Positions 27,453-37,107 are shown, counted from the first letter of the stretch. The stretch is DNA of 64,000 nucleotides from an uncultured Candidatus Saccharibacteria bacterium (GCA_964655995.1 CAZZPK010000003.1:22960-86959); one strand, 5' to 3'. A program made the numbers and translations. The notes: generated by a model from the letters alone, not told the origin.

Positions 27453-28688
27453 ATGAAAAAACTCACTTTATTGTTAATTGTTTTGGTTTTGGTCGGGGCG
27501 GCGGCGGTAGTGCCGGCGCAGGCGTCTACTAAATGCGACTTTTTGCGCGACTTGGAGCTTGGAGTTAATGGCGAGGATGTGCGCTGTCTCCAAAAGTATT
27601 TAAACAGCGCCGGATTTATTATTGCCACCAGCGGGGCGGGGGCGCCGGGGCAAGAGACCTCACTCTTCCGCCAGTTAACTAAAGAGGCCATCGCCCGGTG
27701 GCAGGCGGCCAATGGTATTACTCCGGCCAGCGGCTACTTTGGCCAATTGTCGCGCAAAAAATATCTGGAGTTAATGGGTGGCGGCAGTTCAGGCTCGTCC
27801 AATGTTGAGGCGCTCAAAAATCAAGCGGCTCAATTGGCGGCTCAACTCGAGGCTCTAAAAAATAAAAATAAAAGCCAAGATGACGACGATGATGACGATG
27901 ATGGCAATAAGGGAGTAATAGTCTCCTCGTCTAATAAAACGGCCAATGAGGCGACGGTGCGCGCCAAGATCAAGCAGGCACTAAAAATGATCGATACCGC
28001 CGATGATGAGATCGATGACAATAATAGTGGTGCCGATATTGAGCAAGCAAAAAATAATTTAGCCGACGCCAAAGATGATTTATTTAAGGCGATGGAGGCT
28101 TATTTTGATAGCGACTATGAGGAGGCGTTGGAGCTGGCCACTGATGCTTACAGCAATGCGGAGGATGCGTTTGAGGATGCCGGCGGCGAGACTAAGGAGG
28201 ACGAGGTTGATAACTTAATTGATAAAGTGGAGGACGAGATTGCTGAGGCTTGGGAGACAATTGAAGAGGCTAACGATAATGACGAGAGTACCGACGAGGC
28301 CGAGGAGATCTTAGAGCAAGCCGAGGATAAATTAGACGAGGCTAAAGAGCAATTGGATGAGGAGAATTTTGACGAGGCCGAGGAGTTGGCCGACGAGGCA
28401 CGCGACTTGGTAGACGACGCTATTGATGCTATTGGCGATGAGAGCGACAAGGACAAAGCCAAGGAGGCGATCCAAGATGCCCAGGAGGCCATCGATGATG
28501 CCGAGGAGGAGATTGATGATGCCGATGACGACGGTGAGGATGTCGACGAGGCCGAGGATTTACTAAGCGAGGCTGAAGATAAGCTGGAGGAGGCCAAAGA
28601 CGCTTACAATGACGGCGACTATGACGAGGCTAAGGAGTTAGCCGAGGAGGCGGAGGACTTGGCCGACGACGCCGTTGATGAACTATAA
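27453..28688 (+). CDS. secreted protein with a peptidoglycan-binding-like domain followed by a long poly-acidic repeat region
   Basis: Signal peptide; PG_binding_1-like segment (CLQKYLNSAGF...AIARWQAANGIT); a run of eight Asp; then internally repeated D/E-rich helical units (DEAEELADEARDLVDDAIDA / DEAKELAEEAEDLADDAVDE). Confidence 0.55.
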   Translation: MKKLTLLLIVLVLVGAAAVVPAQASTKCDFLRDLELGVNGEDVRCLQKYLNSAGFIIATSGAGAPGQETSLFRQLTKEAIARWQAANGITPASGYFGQLSRKKYLELMGGGSSGSSNVEALKNQAAQLAAQLEALKNKNKSQDDDDDDDDGNKGVIVSSSNKTANEATVRAKIKQALKMIDTADDEIDDNNSGADIEQAKNNLADAKDDLFKAMEAYFDSDYEEALELATDAYSNAEDAFEDAGGETKEDEVDNLIDKVEDEIAEAWETIEEANDNDESTDEAEEILEQAEDKLDEAKEQLDEENFDEAEELADEARDLVDDAIDAIGDESDKDKAKEAIQDAQEAIDDAEEEIDDADDDGEDVDEAEDLLSEAEDKLEEAKDAYNDGDYDEAKELAEEAEDLADDAVDEL

Positions 28689-29600
28689 TTGATGTCTAAT
28701 TTAGAGCAGGTAGTATTTGGCGGTGGATGCTTTTGGTGTACCGAGGCGGTGTTTAAGATGCTTAAGGGGGTGGGTAATGTCACTCCCGGTTATGCCGGCG
28801 GTACCAAACCCAACCCGACTTACGAGGAGGTCTCTTCGGGGGCGACCGGTTATGTGGAGGTAATTAAATTGGAGTTTGATCCGGTTATTATTAGCTATGA
28901 GAATTTATTAACCGTCTTTTTTGGCTCGCACGATCCAACTACGCTTAATCGCCAAGGTAATGACGTTGGCACCCAGTACCGCTCGGTTATTTTTTACACT
29001 ACGCCGGAGCAAAAAGAAAAAGCCGAAAAATTTATTGCCGATTTAAACCGCTCAAACGGGGAGGGACAGGCGATTGTCACCAAAGTGGAACCGTTAACCA
29101 CTTTTTACCCGGCCGAAAATTATCATCAAGATTATTATGCTAATCATCAAAACGAGCCCTATTGCCAAGTGATTATTAATCCCAAGTTGGAGAAGGTGCA
29201 AAAACAATTTGCCGATTTGTTGGTCGAGAATGAGTGGCGACAAAAATTAACCCCCGAGCAGTATGCGGTGTTGCGGGAGAGGGGGACGGAGGCGCCTTTT
29301 AGTGGCAAACTTTTGCACGAGAAGCGGGAGGGCACTTACAATTGCGCTGCCTGCGGCCAGGCGCTTTTTGCCTCGACGGCCAAGTTTGACTCCGGTACCG
29401 GCTGGCCCTCGTTTGACGAGGCTTTGCCTGGAGCGGTTAAAGAGATCGCCGATGACTCACATGGCATGAGCCGCACCGAGGTGGTGTGCTCTCGGTGCGG
29501 CTCACATTTGGGTCACGTTTTTCCTGATGGTCCCACGGCCACCGGTCAACGCTTTTGCCTCAACTCGGTGTGCTTAGACTTAAAGCCTAAAGATGATTAA
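28689..29600 (+). CDS. msrAB: bifunctional peptide methionine sulfoxide reductase MsrA-MsrB
   Basis: GCFWC (MsrA) and CxxC...CxxC plus the RC-x-SHLGH motif (MsrB). Confidence 0.85.
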   Translation: MMSNLEQVVFGGGCFWCTEAVFKMLKGVGNVTPGYAGGTKPNPTYEEVSSGATGYVEVIKLEFDPVIISYENLLTVFFGSHDPTTLNRQGNDVGTQYRSVIFYTTPEQKEKAEKFIADLNRSNGEGQAIVTKVEPLTTFYPAENYHQDYYANHQNEPYCQVIINPKLEKVQKQFADLLVENEWRQKLTPEQYAVLRERGTEAPFSGKLLHEKREGTYNCAACGQALFASTAKFDSGTGWPSFDEALPGAVKEIADDSHGMSRTEVVCSRCGSHLGHVFPDGPTATGQRFCLNSVCLDLKPKDD

Positions 29601-29608
29601 ATAAAGCT

Positions 29609-30031
29609 ATGAAAATATTTTACCTTACCGTTTTGTTGGTTTTGGTTATTTTAGGGGCAGGTTTTTGGTTTTATCTTGATGCTGATCAATTACCCCAAAA
29701 GACGACGGATGAGCGCATTAGGGTGGCCAGTCCGCGGCCCGGGCAAGCCATCGCCTCGCCGGTGGTTATTACCGGTGAGGCGCGGGGGACTTGGTATTTT
29801 GAGGCCACTTTCCCAGTGGTGCTCGTTAATTGGGATGGTTTGATTATCGCGGAGGGTTATGCCGAGGCCGAGAGCGACTGGATGACCGAGGAGTTTGTGC
29901 CTTTTAAGGCGACGCTCGAGTTTACCAAGCCCGAGTATGGCGAGCGGGGAGCGCTTATTTTACAGCGCTCTAATGCCTCGGGTTTGCCCGAGCATGATGC
30001 GGCGGTGGAGATCCCGATTGTTTTTAAATAA
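29609..30031 (+). CDS. secreted Gmad2-like Ig-fold protein
   Basis: TM/signal N-terminus, then the pattern IASPVVITGEARGTWYFEATFPV. Confidence 0.45.
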   Translation: MKIFYLTVLLVLVILGAGFWFYLDADQLPQKTTDERIRVASPRPGQAIASPVVITGEARGTWYFEATFPVVLVNWDGLIIAEGYAEAESDWMTEEFVPFKATLEFTKPEYGERGALILQRSNASGLPEHDAAVEIPIVFK

Positions 30032-30037
30032 ACAGAG

Positions 30038-30337
30038 TTAACGATTTTTAAATTCGGTAATAGTGGTGCTGGTGATCTGATTGATCAGCTGGTTGAGCTC
30101 GGGGATTTTGTTGTTAATGTATTCGATTACTCGCTGATTGTTGTCCTGGTCGGCAAGCTCAAGCAGGTCGCGCTGCTCCTCGGTAGTTAGCCGCTCAAAA
30201 ATGGCTACATTAACGCGGGAGGAGATGGCCTCGCGGAGCAGCTCGATAATTTGATCTTGTTCAGACGTCGAATAAGCGGCCAAATCAAGGCCGCGCACAA
30301 TTTGCTCTCTTACTTGGTCGTGATCAATAACAGTCAT
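30038..30337 (-). CDS. hypothetical small acidic protein (downstream gene of an overlapping pair)
   Basis: 99-aa ORF; its start overlaps the stop of the upstream 66-aa ORF by 1 nt. Confidence 0.3.
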   Translation of the reverse strand: MTVIDHDQVREQIVRGLDLAAYSTSEQDQIIELLREAISSRVNVAIFERLTTEEQRDLLELADQDNNQRVIEYINNKIPELNQLINQITSTTITEFKNR

Positions 30338-30537
30338 TAGTGATGGGTTGTCTCGTCTATTTGTACCGGGACCATGCTTTTAGCTAAATGCTCATGAACG
30401 ATAATGCCTAAAGCGGTGATTATTTTCTCATGTTTTAACTCGGGCGGGATTTGCGCTTTAAGCTCTTCCAAATATTTAACATCAGAGTTAAAATTTCGTC
30501 CGCGGCTCTCGAAAGTTGGTGTCTGTTCGATCGTCAT
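30337..30537 (-). CDS. hypothetical small protein (upstream gene of the pair)
   Basis: 66-aa ORF, co-directional and overlapping. Confidence 0.3.
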   Translation of the reverse strand: MTIEQTPTFESRGRNFNSDVKYLEELKAQIPPELKHEKIITALGIIVHEHLAKSMVPVQIDETTHH

Positions 30538-30567
30538 GTATCTTTATGATATCCTGTCTAAAATTAA

Positions 30568-31404
30568 ATGCAACTTGTTATCCCCAAATCATTGTGGTCT
30601 AAAATATTTTTAAGTGTAGGGCTTGTTATCGGCCTGTCTATTTTGGTCGTAGCCGGGGTGTTAATCGCCAATAATTTAGGTTGGACCAATGTGGGCGGTG
30701 AGGAGGATCCCAATAACGACTGGCCGGCAAAAATTTTAGGCCCTAATGTAAGGCTCCCCTGGCGTGAGTCAGCCGAGTGGGAGACTTTGCGTGAGGCGCT
30801 TAAGCGTGATGCGGCTGTAATCCAAAGAGTTAGTCAGGAGACCGGCGTGCCGGCCCGTCTTATCGCCGCTTTGGTTATCCCCGAGCAGCTCCGCCTTTAC
30901 ACCTCGGAACGCGAGATTTACAAGCAAGTGTTTAAGCCGCTGGCATTGCTTGGAGTGCAAACGCAATTTTCCTGGGGTGTGGCGGGCATCAAGGAGGAGA
31001 CGGCGCGGGAGATCGAGGCCAATTTGCTTAATCGCGAGTCTCCGCGCTACCCGGGACGGGAGTACGAGCATTTACTCGATTTTGGTCCGGGCGACATAAA
31101 CTCGCTCCGTTTTGATCGCCTAACCAATGAGCATGATCATTACTATAGCTATTTGTATGCCGCGCTTTTTGTCCGCCAAGTGCGTGTCGAGTGGGAGCGG
31201 GCCGGTTACCCCATCCACAATCGGCCGGAGATTATGAGTACCTTATTTAATATTGGTTTTGCCAACTCGCATCCCAATCCCGAGCCGCAGGCCGGCGGGG
31301 CGCTCATTGAGGTGGGCGGCGCGAAATACACTTTTGGCCGCTTGGCTTACGAGTTTTACTACTCGACCGAGCTTACTAGTGACTTCCCTCAAGTAACGTG
31401 GTAA
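30568..31404 (+). CDS. membrane-anchored hypothetical protein
   Basis: 278 aa with an N-terminal TM (IFLSVGLVIGLSILVVAGVLIA). Confidence 0.45.
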   Translation: MQLVIPKSLWSKIFLSVGLVIGLSILVVAGVLIANNLGWTNVGGEEDPNNDWPAKILGPNVRLPWRESAEWETLREALKRDAAVIQRVSQETGVPARLIAALVIPEQLRLYTSEREIYKQVFKPLALLGVQTQFSWGVAGIKEETAREIEANLLNRESPRYPGREYEHLLDFGPGDINSLRFDRLTNEHDHYYSYLYAALFVRQVRVEWERAGYPIHNRPEIMSTLFNIGFANSHPNPEPQAGGALIEVGGAKYTFGRLAYEFYYSTELTSDFPQVTW

Positions 31405-31416
31405 AGTAGCAACACC

Positions 31417-31680
31417 ATGTCTCATTTGCTGATGTTTTACGGCACGGAGTGTCCGCACTGCCACACCATGATGCCATTATTGGATCGCTTGGAGAGCGAG
31501 GCGGGCTTAAAAGTGGATCGTCTTGAGACTTGGCATAATGAGGCCAATGCCAAAACTCTAGCGACTTATGACGACGGCAGTAAGTGTGGTGGCGTGCCCT
31601 TTTTTATCAATACCAAAAGCAATCAATGGTTGTGCGGCTCGGTCGCTTATGAGGAGTTAAAAACTTGGGCGCTTAATTAA
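31417..31680 (+). CDS. thioredoxin/glutaredoxin-fold protein (CPHC active site)
   Basis: FYGTECPHCHTMMP. Confidence 0.6.
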   Translation: MSHLLMFYGTECPHCHTMMPLLDRLESEAGLKVDRLETWHNEANAKTLATYDDGSKCGGVPFFINTKSNQWLCGSVAYEELKTWALN

Positions 31681-31688
31681 TTTTTTTT

Positions 31689-32558
31689 ATGAGTTGGTTA
31701 TTAGTCAGCAACATTCTCGATGTTTTAATTGTCGCCTTTATTATTTATTTGGCGCTGATCTTTATCCGCCAGACGCGGTCCTATTTTATTTTGACAGCTC
31801 TGGCCTCGCTGGTTTTGATCAATTTGGTGGCCAAGACGCTCGATTTGGGCTTAACCGAGAGGATTTTTGAGCCGCTGGTCACCTTTTTTCTGATCATTTT
31901 TGTGGTGGTCTTTCAGCGGGAGATTAGGCGTTTTCTCGAGTGGTTTACGGTTAAGGGGCGCAATTTGGCGCGGGCGCGGACACGGCTTCTCTCGCGCAAT
32001 GCGGCCAATGCCATTGTTGAGGCGGTTTTTGATTTGGCTAAAAATCAGCGCGGAGCGATTATTGTTTTTCCGCGCGAGTATCCGCTCGACAATTTGTTGG
32101 AGGGCGGCTTTGCTTTGGACGGACGCATTTCCTCGGCGCTCTTGCTTAGTATTTTTGATCCATCCTCGCCAGGACATGATGGGGCGGTGATTATCGAGGA
32201 GAATCGGATCAAGCGTTTTGGTGTCCACTTGCCGTTAGCTGAGAACTTTGTCGATTTTAACAAGGTGGGTACCAGGCATCGCGCCGCCGCCGGTATTACC
32301 GAAAAGTCGGATGCTTTGGCCCTGGTGGTCTCGGAGGAGCGGGGAGTGATCTCTAAATCGGAGGGAGGAATTTTGACGCCGCTGGCCGATCGGCCAGCGG
32401 TGGAGACACTGGTCCATCAATTTTTTGCCGACGAGCTTGAGGAGACGATTTTGACTAGCCCGTGGCAATATTTGGTGGTTAATAACTGGTCCATCAAATT
32501 AATTTCGCTTATTTTGGCGGCGCTATTGTGGTTTAGTTTAGTCTATCAAAATGGCTAA
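31689..32558 (+). CDS. cdaA: diadenylate cyclase (c-di-AMP synthase, CdaA type: three TM helices plus a DAC domain)
   Basis: The DAC motifs HDGAVII and GTRHRAAAGIT follow three N-terminal TM helices. Confidence 0.8.
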   Translation: MSWLLVSNILDVLIVAFIIYLALIFIRQTRSYFILTALASLVLINLVAKTLDLGLTERIFEPLVTFFLIIFVVVFQREIRRFLEWFTVKGRNLARARTRLLSRNAANAIVEAVFDLAKNQRGAIIVFPREYPLDNLLEGGFALDGRISSALLLSIFDPSSPGHDGAVIIEENRIKRFGVHLPLAENFVDFNKVGTRHRAAAGITEKSDALALVVSEERGVISKSEGGILTPLADRPAVETLVHQFFADELEETILTSPWQYLVVNNWSIKLISLILAALLWFSLVYQNG

Positions 32559-33792
32559 AGCGCCGATTAAATTTAAAATAACCAAAGAGTTAAATAATAC
32601 TTTGGGCCGGGCGGGCGTTATCAGCACGCCGCACGGTGAGATCGAGACCCCGGCGTTTGTAACAGTGGGTACCAAGGCGACGGTCAAAGCCCTAACCACC
32701 GAGCAAGTTAAAGCCACCGGCGCCCAAGTGGTGCTGGCCAATACTTATCACTTATATTTACAACCCGGCGCCGATTTGGTGGCTCGCGCCGGCGGTCTGC
32801 ACAATTTTATGAAGTGGGATGGGCCGATTATGACCGACTCAGGCGGCTTCCAAGTGTTTTCGCTCGGTGCCGCTTTTGGCCAAGGCGGAGTGAGTAAGGT
32901 TGCGAGCGCCAAGCCGACAAATTTTGACAGCTTTACTCCAGAGGAGTCTCACGCTGATCAAAATTTGCCCGGCTCGGCTAATCATCAGCTCGCTAAAATA
33001 GATAATGACGGCGTGACGTTTAGATCACATTTGGATGGTAGCGAGCATCGCTTTACCCCCGAGAGCTCAATGGAGATACAGCATAAGTTGGGCGCAGACA
33101 TTATTTTTGCTTTTGACGAGTGCACCTCGCCCGGGGCCAGTTACGAGTATCAACAAGAGGCTTTGGCCCGGACTCACGCTTGGGCGGAGCGGAGTTTAGC
33201 TGCTCATTTAGCCAATGGCGAGGCGGCTAGTAAACAAGGTTTATTTGGGATAGTGCAGGGTGGGCGGCATCAAGACCTGCGCGAAGAGTCGGCTAAATTT
33301 ATTGGCCAGATGGACGGCTTTGCCGGCTTTGGTATTGGCGGCTCATTTACTAAAGAGGATTTGGGTACGGCAGTGGGTTGGGTTAATGCGATCCTGCCTA
33401 AAGATAAACCGCGCCACCTACTGGGCATTGGCGAGCCGCTCGACTTTTTTGCCGGTGTAGAAAATGGCGCTGACACGTTTGACTGTGTGATCCCGACGCG
33501 TTTTGCTCGCAATGGCACCTTGTTTACTAATCAAGGTCGCTTACATTTATTAAATAGTGAGTATCGTGATGATCTTGGGCCAATTGAGGAAGGGTGCGGT
33601 TGCTATGCTTGTAAAAATTATTCTCGGGCTTATGTTGGTTATTTGTTAAAAGCCAAAGAGATTTTGGGTGCCACCTTAGCCTCGATCCATAATGTTTACT
33701 TTCTGGTCAATCTCGTTGCCCGCATCCGCCAAGCAATTTTAGATGATAATTATAATGAGTTTAAACGGGAATTTTTGGCCAATTACCACTAA
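32551..33792 (+). CDS. tgt: queuine tRNA-ribosyltransferase
   Basis: TPAFVTVGT, DSGGFQV and the zinc site CGCYACKNYSRAY. Confidence 0.8.
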   Translation: MAKAPIKFKITKELNNTLGRAGVISTPHGEIETPAFVTVGTKATVKALTTEQVKATGAQVVLANTYHLYLQPGADLVARAGGLHNFMKWDGPIMTDSGGFQVFSLGAAFGQGGVSKVASAKPTNFDSFTPEESHADQNLPGSANHQLAKIDNDGVTFRSHLDGSEHRFTPESSMEIQHKLGADIIFAFDECTSPGASYEYQQEALARTHAWAERSLAAHLANGEAASKQGLFGIVQGGRHQDLREESAKFIGQMDGFAGFGIGGSFTKEDLGTAVGWVNAILPKDKPRHLLGIGEPLDFFAGVENGADTFDCVIPTRFARNGTLFTNQGRLHLLNSEYRDDLGPIEEGCGCYACKNYSRAYVGYLLKAKEILGATLASIHNVYFLVNLVARIRQAILDDNYNEFKREFLANYH

Positions 33793-33846
33793 CTTGCTTT
33801 TGGGATTAAAGATGGTATAAATAAAACTAGAAAGGAGGGTCTCAAG

Positions 33847-34134
33847 ATGGCTGAAGTGTGGCAGTTGGTAAGACGGTTGAGTTTTTACAGTCTAAAGCTG
33901 TTCCCGATTGCTGTGTTTTTGGTCGTCGGGCTTATCCTCGCTTTTTTGTCGGAGAAGCGCTGGTGGAAGTATTTGATTGCCATCGGCGCGGCAATACTTT
34001 TGGTTTTGGCCCAGCTCGGGCTATCGATCTTGGCGGCAATCGCCTCGACGCTGGCCAGCTTAACGGCACTTGTTTTAACTAGCGCGGCAGGGGTTTTGTA
34101 CTACCGCTTTTACCGCGACCCCCGGATGTTTTAA
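33847..34134 (+). CDS. small membrane protein (three predicted TM helices)
   Basis: Ribosome-binding site aaaggaggg; hydrophobic throughout. Confidence 0.4.
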   Translation: MAEVWQLVRRLSFYSLKLFPIAVFLVVGLILAFLSEKRWWKYLIAIGAAILLVLAQLGLSILAAIASTLASLTALVLTSAAGVLYYRFYRDPRMF

Positions 34135-34145
34135 AGGAGGGAATT

Positions 34146-34376
34146 ATGTCAAAAGTAATTACCGAACAAGAAGTGGCTTCTAAGGTGGCCGAATTGGCCA
34201 ACTTTTTGCAAGCGTATGGTATGGAGCGGGGGCATTGCCAGCCCAGTTTGGAAATGGTGGCTTGGTTTAAAATTGCCGAGCTCCACTTTCCTCACTTGTT
34301 GATACCGATTTTACGGCAATTTGATCCGCAAGCGGCCGCCGCGCCGATCACCTTTGTCCACCGGGCTTCACTGTAA
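34146..34376 (+). CDS. hypothetical small protein
   Basis: Ribosome-binding site aaggaggg 6 nt upstream of the ATG. Confidence 0.35.
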   Translation: MSKVITEQEVASKVAELANFLQAYGMERGHCQPSLEMVAWFKIAELHFPHLLIPILRQFDPQAAAAPITFVHRASL

Positions 34377-34420
34377 GCCCGGTTTTTCTTTTGCTTAAAA
34401 ATATTGTAAAATGCGGGACC

Positions 34421-36442
34421 ATGTCGTTGTTTACGCTTAAGAGTGAGTTTGCGCCGGCGGGCGATCAACCTAAGGCAATTGCCGCTTTAGCGAGCGGGCT
34501 TAAAAAAGGCGAGCGTCACCAAACTCTGCTCGGTGTCACCGGTAGCGGTAAAACTTTTACCGTGGCTAATGTCATCGCCGGGGGCGATCAGCCGGTGCTG
34601 GTGATCGCGCACAATAAGACGTTGGCGGCGCAATTGGCGCAGGAGTACAAATCATTTTTCCCCGACGCGGCGGTGCATTACTTTGTCTCATACTATGACT
34701 ACTATCAACCCGAGGCATATCTGCCCACCACCGACACTTATATTGAAAAGGATGCCCAGATTAACAAAGAGATTGATCGTTTGCGCCACGCCAGTACTCA
34801 GTCGCTGCTTACCCGCCGCGATGTGATCGTTGTCGCCTCCGTTTCTTGTATTTACGGCTTAGGCAGTCCGGCGGAGTACCAGGAGAGTCATCTTAAATTG
34901 GCGGCGGGAGACAAACTGGCGCGCCAAGAGCTCATGACCAAATTGGTCTCGATTTATTACGAGCGCACTAATGCCGACTTAAAGCCGGGCACCTTCCGCG
35001 CTATTGGCAGTGTGGTGGAGGTAATGCCGCCGTCGGAGACGGAGGTGTATGCTATTCATCTCGGACGAGAGGGTATTGAGGAGATAGTCCAACTGGATGC
35101 CGTCTCGCGGGTAGAGCTTGATCGGCCACGGAGTTTTTTTCTTTTCCCGGCTAAGCATTTTATTACCAGCAAGGCGGAGCGGGAGCGGGCGATCGCTTCA
35201 ATCAAGGCCGAACTCGAAGCTCATTTAAAGTTGCTTAATTCCCGCGGTCAGATCTTAGAGGCGGAGCGGCTTAAGCGCCGCACTAATTACGACTTGGCAA
35301 TGATTGCCGAGGTGGGCTATTGCACCGGGATCGAGAATTACTCGCGCCACTTGTCCGGCCGGCCGGCCGGTGAGCCGCCTGCCACCTTACTTGACTACTT
35401 TCCGCATCATGCCGATGGGAGCCCGGACTTTTTAACGGTAATCGACGAGTCGCATGTCACGATACCGCAATTGGGCGGGATGTATGCCGGCGATGAGAGC
35501 CGCAAAAAGACATTGGTCGAGCACGGCTTCCGTCTACCCTCGGCGCTCGACAACCGTCCACTCAAATTTTACGAGTTTGAGGAGCGAGTGGGGCAGGTTA
35601 TTTACACCAGTGCCACGCCCGGTGAGTATGAGCTGGCCCACTCGGGCAAACCGGTGGAGCAGATTATCCGTCCCACCGGTCTCGTGGACCCGGAGCTTAC
35701 GGTACGGGGCGTAATGGCTCGGGGCGATTATGCCGGACAAGTCAAAGACTTTATTAACGAGGCGATAGCCGAGATTGGCCGTGGCCACCGTGTGATCGCC
35801 ACCACCCTGACTAAAAAAATGGCTGAGGACTTAAGCGAGTTTTTGAAAGGGCAGGGGATCAAGGCCGAGTACTTGCACAGTGAGATCAAAACTATTGAGC
35901 GAATTAAAATTTTAACCGAGTTCCGCAAAGGCTCGGCGGCGGGCGGCTTTGATTGCTTGGTCGGAGTCAACTTGTTGCGTGAGGGCTTGGACTTGCCCGA
36001 GGTGTCGCTGATCGGTATTTTGGATGCGGACAAAGAGGGCTTTTTGCGTTCGGAGGTGTCGCTTATCCAAACGATTGGTCGCGCCGCGCGTAATGTGGAG
36101 GGCCGGGTTATTTTATATGCGGATGCCTCGACTGGGTCGCTCGAGCGGGCGATAGGCGAAACTAATCGCCGCCGGGCAAAGCAGCTCGCTTACAATAAAG
36201 AGCATGGTATTACCCCTAAAACGATTTACAAAAAAATCCACGACATCACCGAGAGCTTGGAGGCCCAAAGGACTAAAACCCTGCGCACTCTGCTTGAGCT
36301 TGATACCAAAACGGCTGGCGGTAATCTCAAAAAACTAATTAAGCAAAAAGAGAAGGAGATGTCCCAAGCGGTCAAAGAGCTCGATTTTGAAACCGCCGCC
36401 CTCATCCGCGATGAGCTAAAAGAACTCGCTAAACTACAATAA
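34421..36442 (+). CDS. uvrB: excinuclease ABC subunit B
   Basis: GVTGSGKTFT Walker A, helicase motifs, C-terminal UVR domain; the ATG at 34421 is preferred over the TTG at 34391. Confidence 0.9.
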   Translation: MSLFTLKSEFAPAGDQPKAIAALASGLKKGERHQTLLGVTGSGKTFTVANVIAGGDQPVLVIAHNKTLAAQLAQEYKSFFPDAAVHYFVSYYDYYQPEAYLPTTDTYIEKDAQINKEIDRLRHASTQSLLTRRDVIVVASVSCIYGLGSPAEYQESHLKLAAGDKLARQELMTKLVSIYYERTNADLKPGTFRAIGSVVEVMPPSETEVYAIHLGREGIEEIVQLDAVSRVELDRPRSFFLFPAKHFITSKAERERAIASIKAELEAHLKLLNSRGQILEAERLKRRTNYDLAMIAEVGYCTGIENYSRHLSGRPAGEPPATLLDYFPHHADGSPDFLTVIDESHVTIPQLGGMYAGDESRKKTLVEHGFRLPSALDNRPLKFYEFEERVGQVIYTSATPGEYELAHSGKPVEQIIRPTGLVDPELTVRGVMARGDYAGQVKDFINEAIAEIGRGHRVIATTLTKKMAEDLSEFLKGQGIKAEYLHSEIKTIERIKILTEFRKGSAAGGFDCLVGVNLLREGLDLPEVSLIGILDADKEGFLRSEVSLIQTIGRAARNVEGRVILYADASTGSLERAIGETNRRRAKQLAYNKEHGITPKTIYKKIHDITESLEAQRTKTLRTLLELDTKTAGGNLKKLIKQKEKEMSQAVKELDFETAALIRDELKELAKLQ

Positions 36443-36464
36443 TTATCATAGCTATTAATTATAT

Positions 36465-36500
36465 TCCTAACTTGAGACGGTCGTCTGAGATTAGGAAAGA
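36465..36500 (+). repeat. direct repeat copy 1 carrying the AGACGGTCGTC motif
   Basis: tgagACGGTCGTCtgagATTAGGAAAGAG, compared with 37058..37090 aaACGGTCGTCaaaaGTTAGGAAAGAG. Confidence 0.5.
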
Positions 36501-36501
36501 G

Positions 36502-37107
36502 CTAAGAAAGATTAAATATTTTCTTTAACCAGCTATCATTTTCTAAATAAGATACTTCCATATACAACACCTCTTTGCCAATATGATAGTTAGCCTTTAA
36601 TAGGGCTACTACTTCTTGGCAATCGTATGGATAAACCCAAACACTATTTTGGAGCCTTATTAAGCCTAAGTGCTGAAACCAAGCTCGCAATTTGTTTCTA
36701 GTGGATCGTTTCCATTCCTTAATATCAAAAATAATAATTCGATATTTACCATCCCAGCGTTTTGGTTTATTTATGGTTAATTTTTCTAACTCATATTCTT
36801 TTAACTTAATTTTGCCACTTTTGGTCAATCGGACAACTTTCTGTCTTTTACTATTATTTTCTATTTTAACTAAACCCTGTTTCTCTAGGCGGCCAACCAC
36901 TTGATTAATGTAATTCCTTTTCTTTGATTCTTGTTTTGGTAGAAAACGGAGTAATTTTAGGCAATTTGGTGCCACTACTGCTAAAGCAATAATCCCAGTT
37001 AGGCCAATAACACTAAGAATTATTTGTTGATAGTCTGAATTTGGTGATCTCATACCTATTCCTAAGTATAAACGGTCGTCAAAAGTTAGGAAAGAGGTGT
37101 TTGACAA
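36502..37107 (-). CDS. membrane-anchored PaaX-like wHTH regulator with a Cas2/VapD-fold middle domain, lacking the PaaX C-terminal domain
   Basis: N-terminal TM, wHTH (QVVGRLEKQGLVK...VVRLTKSGKIKL), then RWDGKYRIIIFDIKEWKRSTRNKLRAWFQHLGLIRLQNSVWVYP. This resembles the E. coli PaaX segment PPWDGKWLLLLSEGLD...LIWQGFG and the Cas2 consensus (YDI...R.Q.SVFE). AT-rich. Confidence 0.5.
   Translation of the reverse strand: MSNTSFLTFDDRLYLGIGMRSPNSDYQQIILSVIGLTGIIALAVVAPNCLKLLRFLPKQESKKRNYINQVVGRLEKQGLVKIENNSKRQKVVRLTKSGKIKLKEYELEKLTINKPKRWDGKYRIIIFDIKEWKRSTRNKLRAWFQHLGLIRLQNSVWVYPYDCQEVVALLKANYHIGKEVLYMEVSYLENDSWLKKIFNLS
37058..37090 (+). repeat. direct repeat copy 2 carrying the ACGGTCGTC motif
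   Basis: See copy 1; together they bracket the PaaX-like gene. Confidence 0.5.

Noticed and set aside
28148-28597. 149-aa Ser-rich ORF antisense to the acidic-repeat gene, and the similar 27842..28072 ORF
   Set aside because: Artefact of GA/GC-rich repeats (GAx codons read as Ser-rich codons on the opposite strand). It lies wholly inside a well-supported sense CDS.
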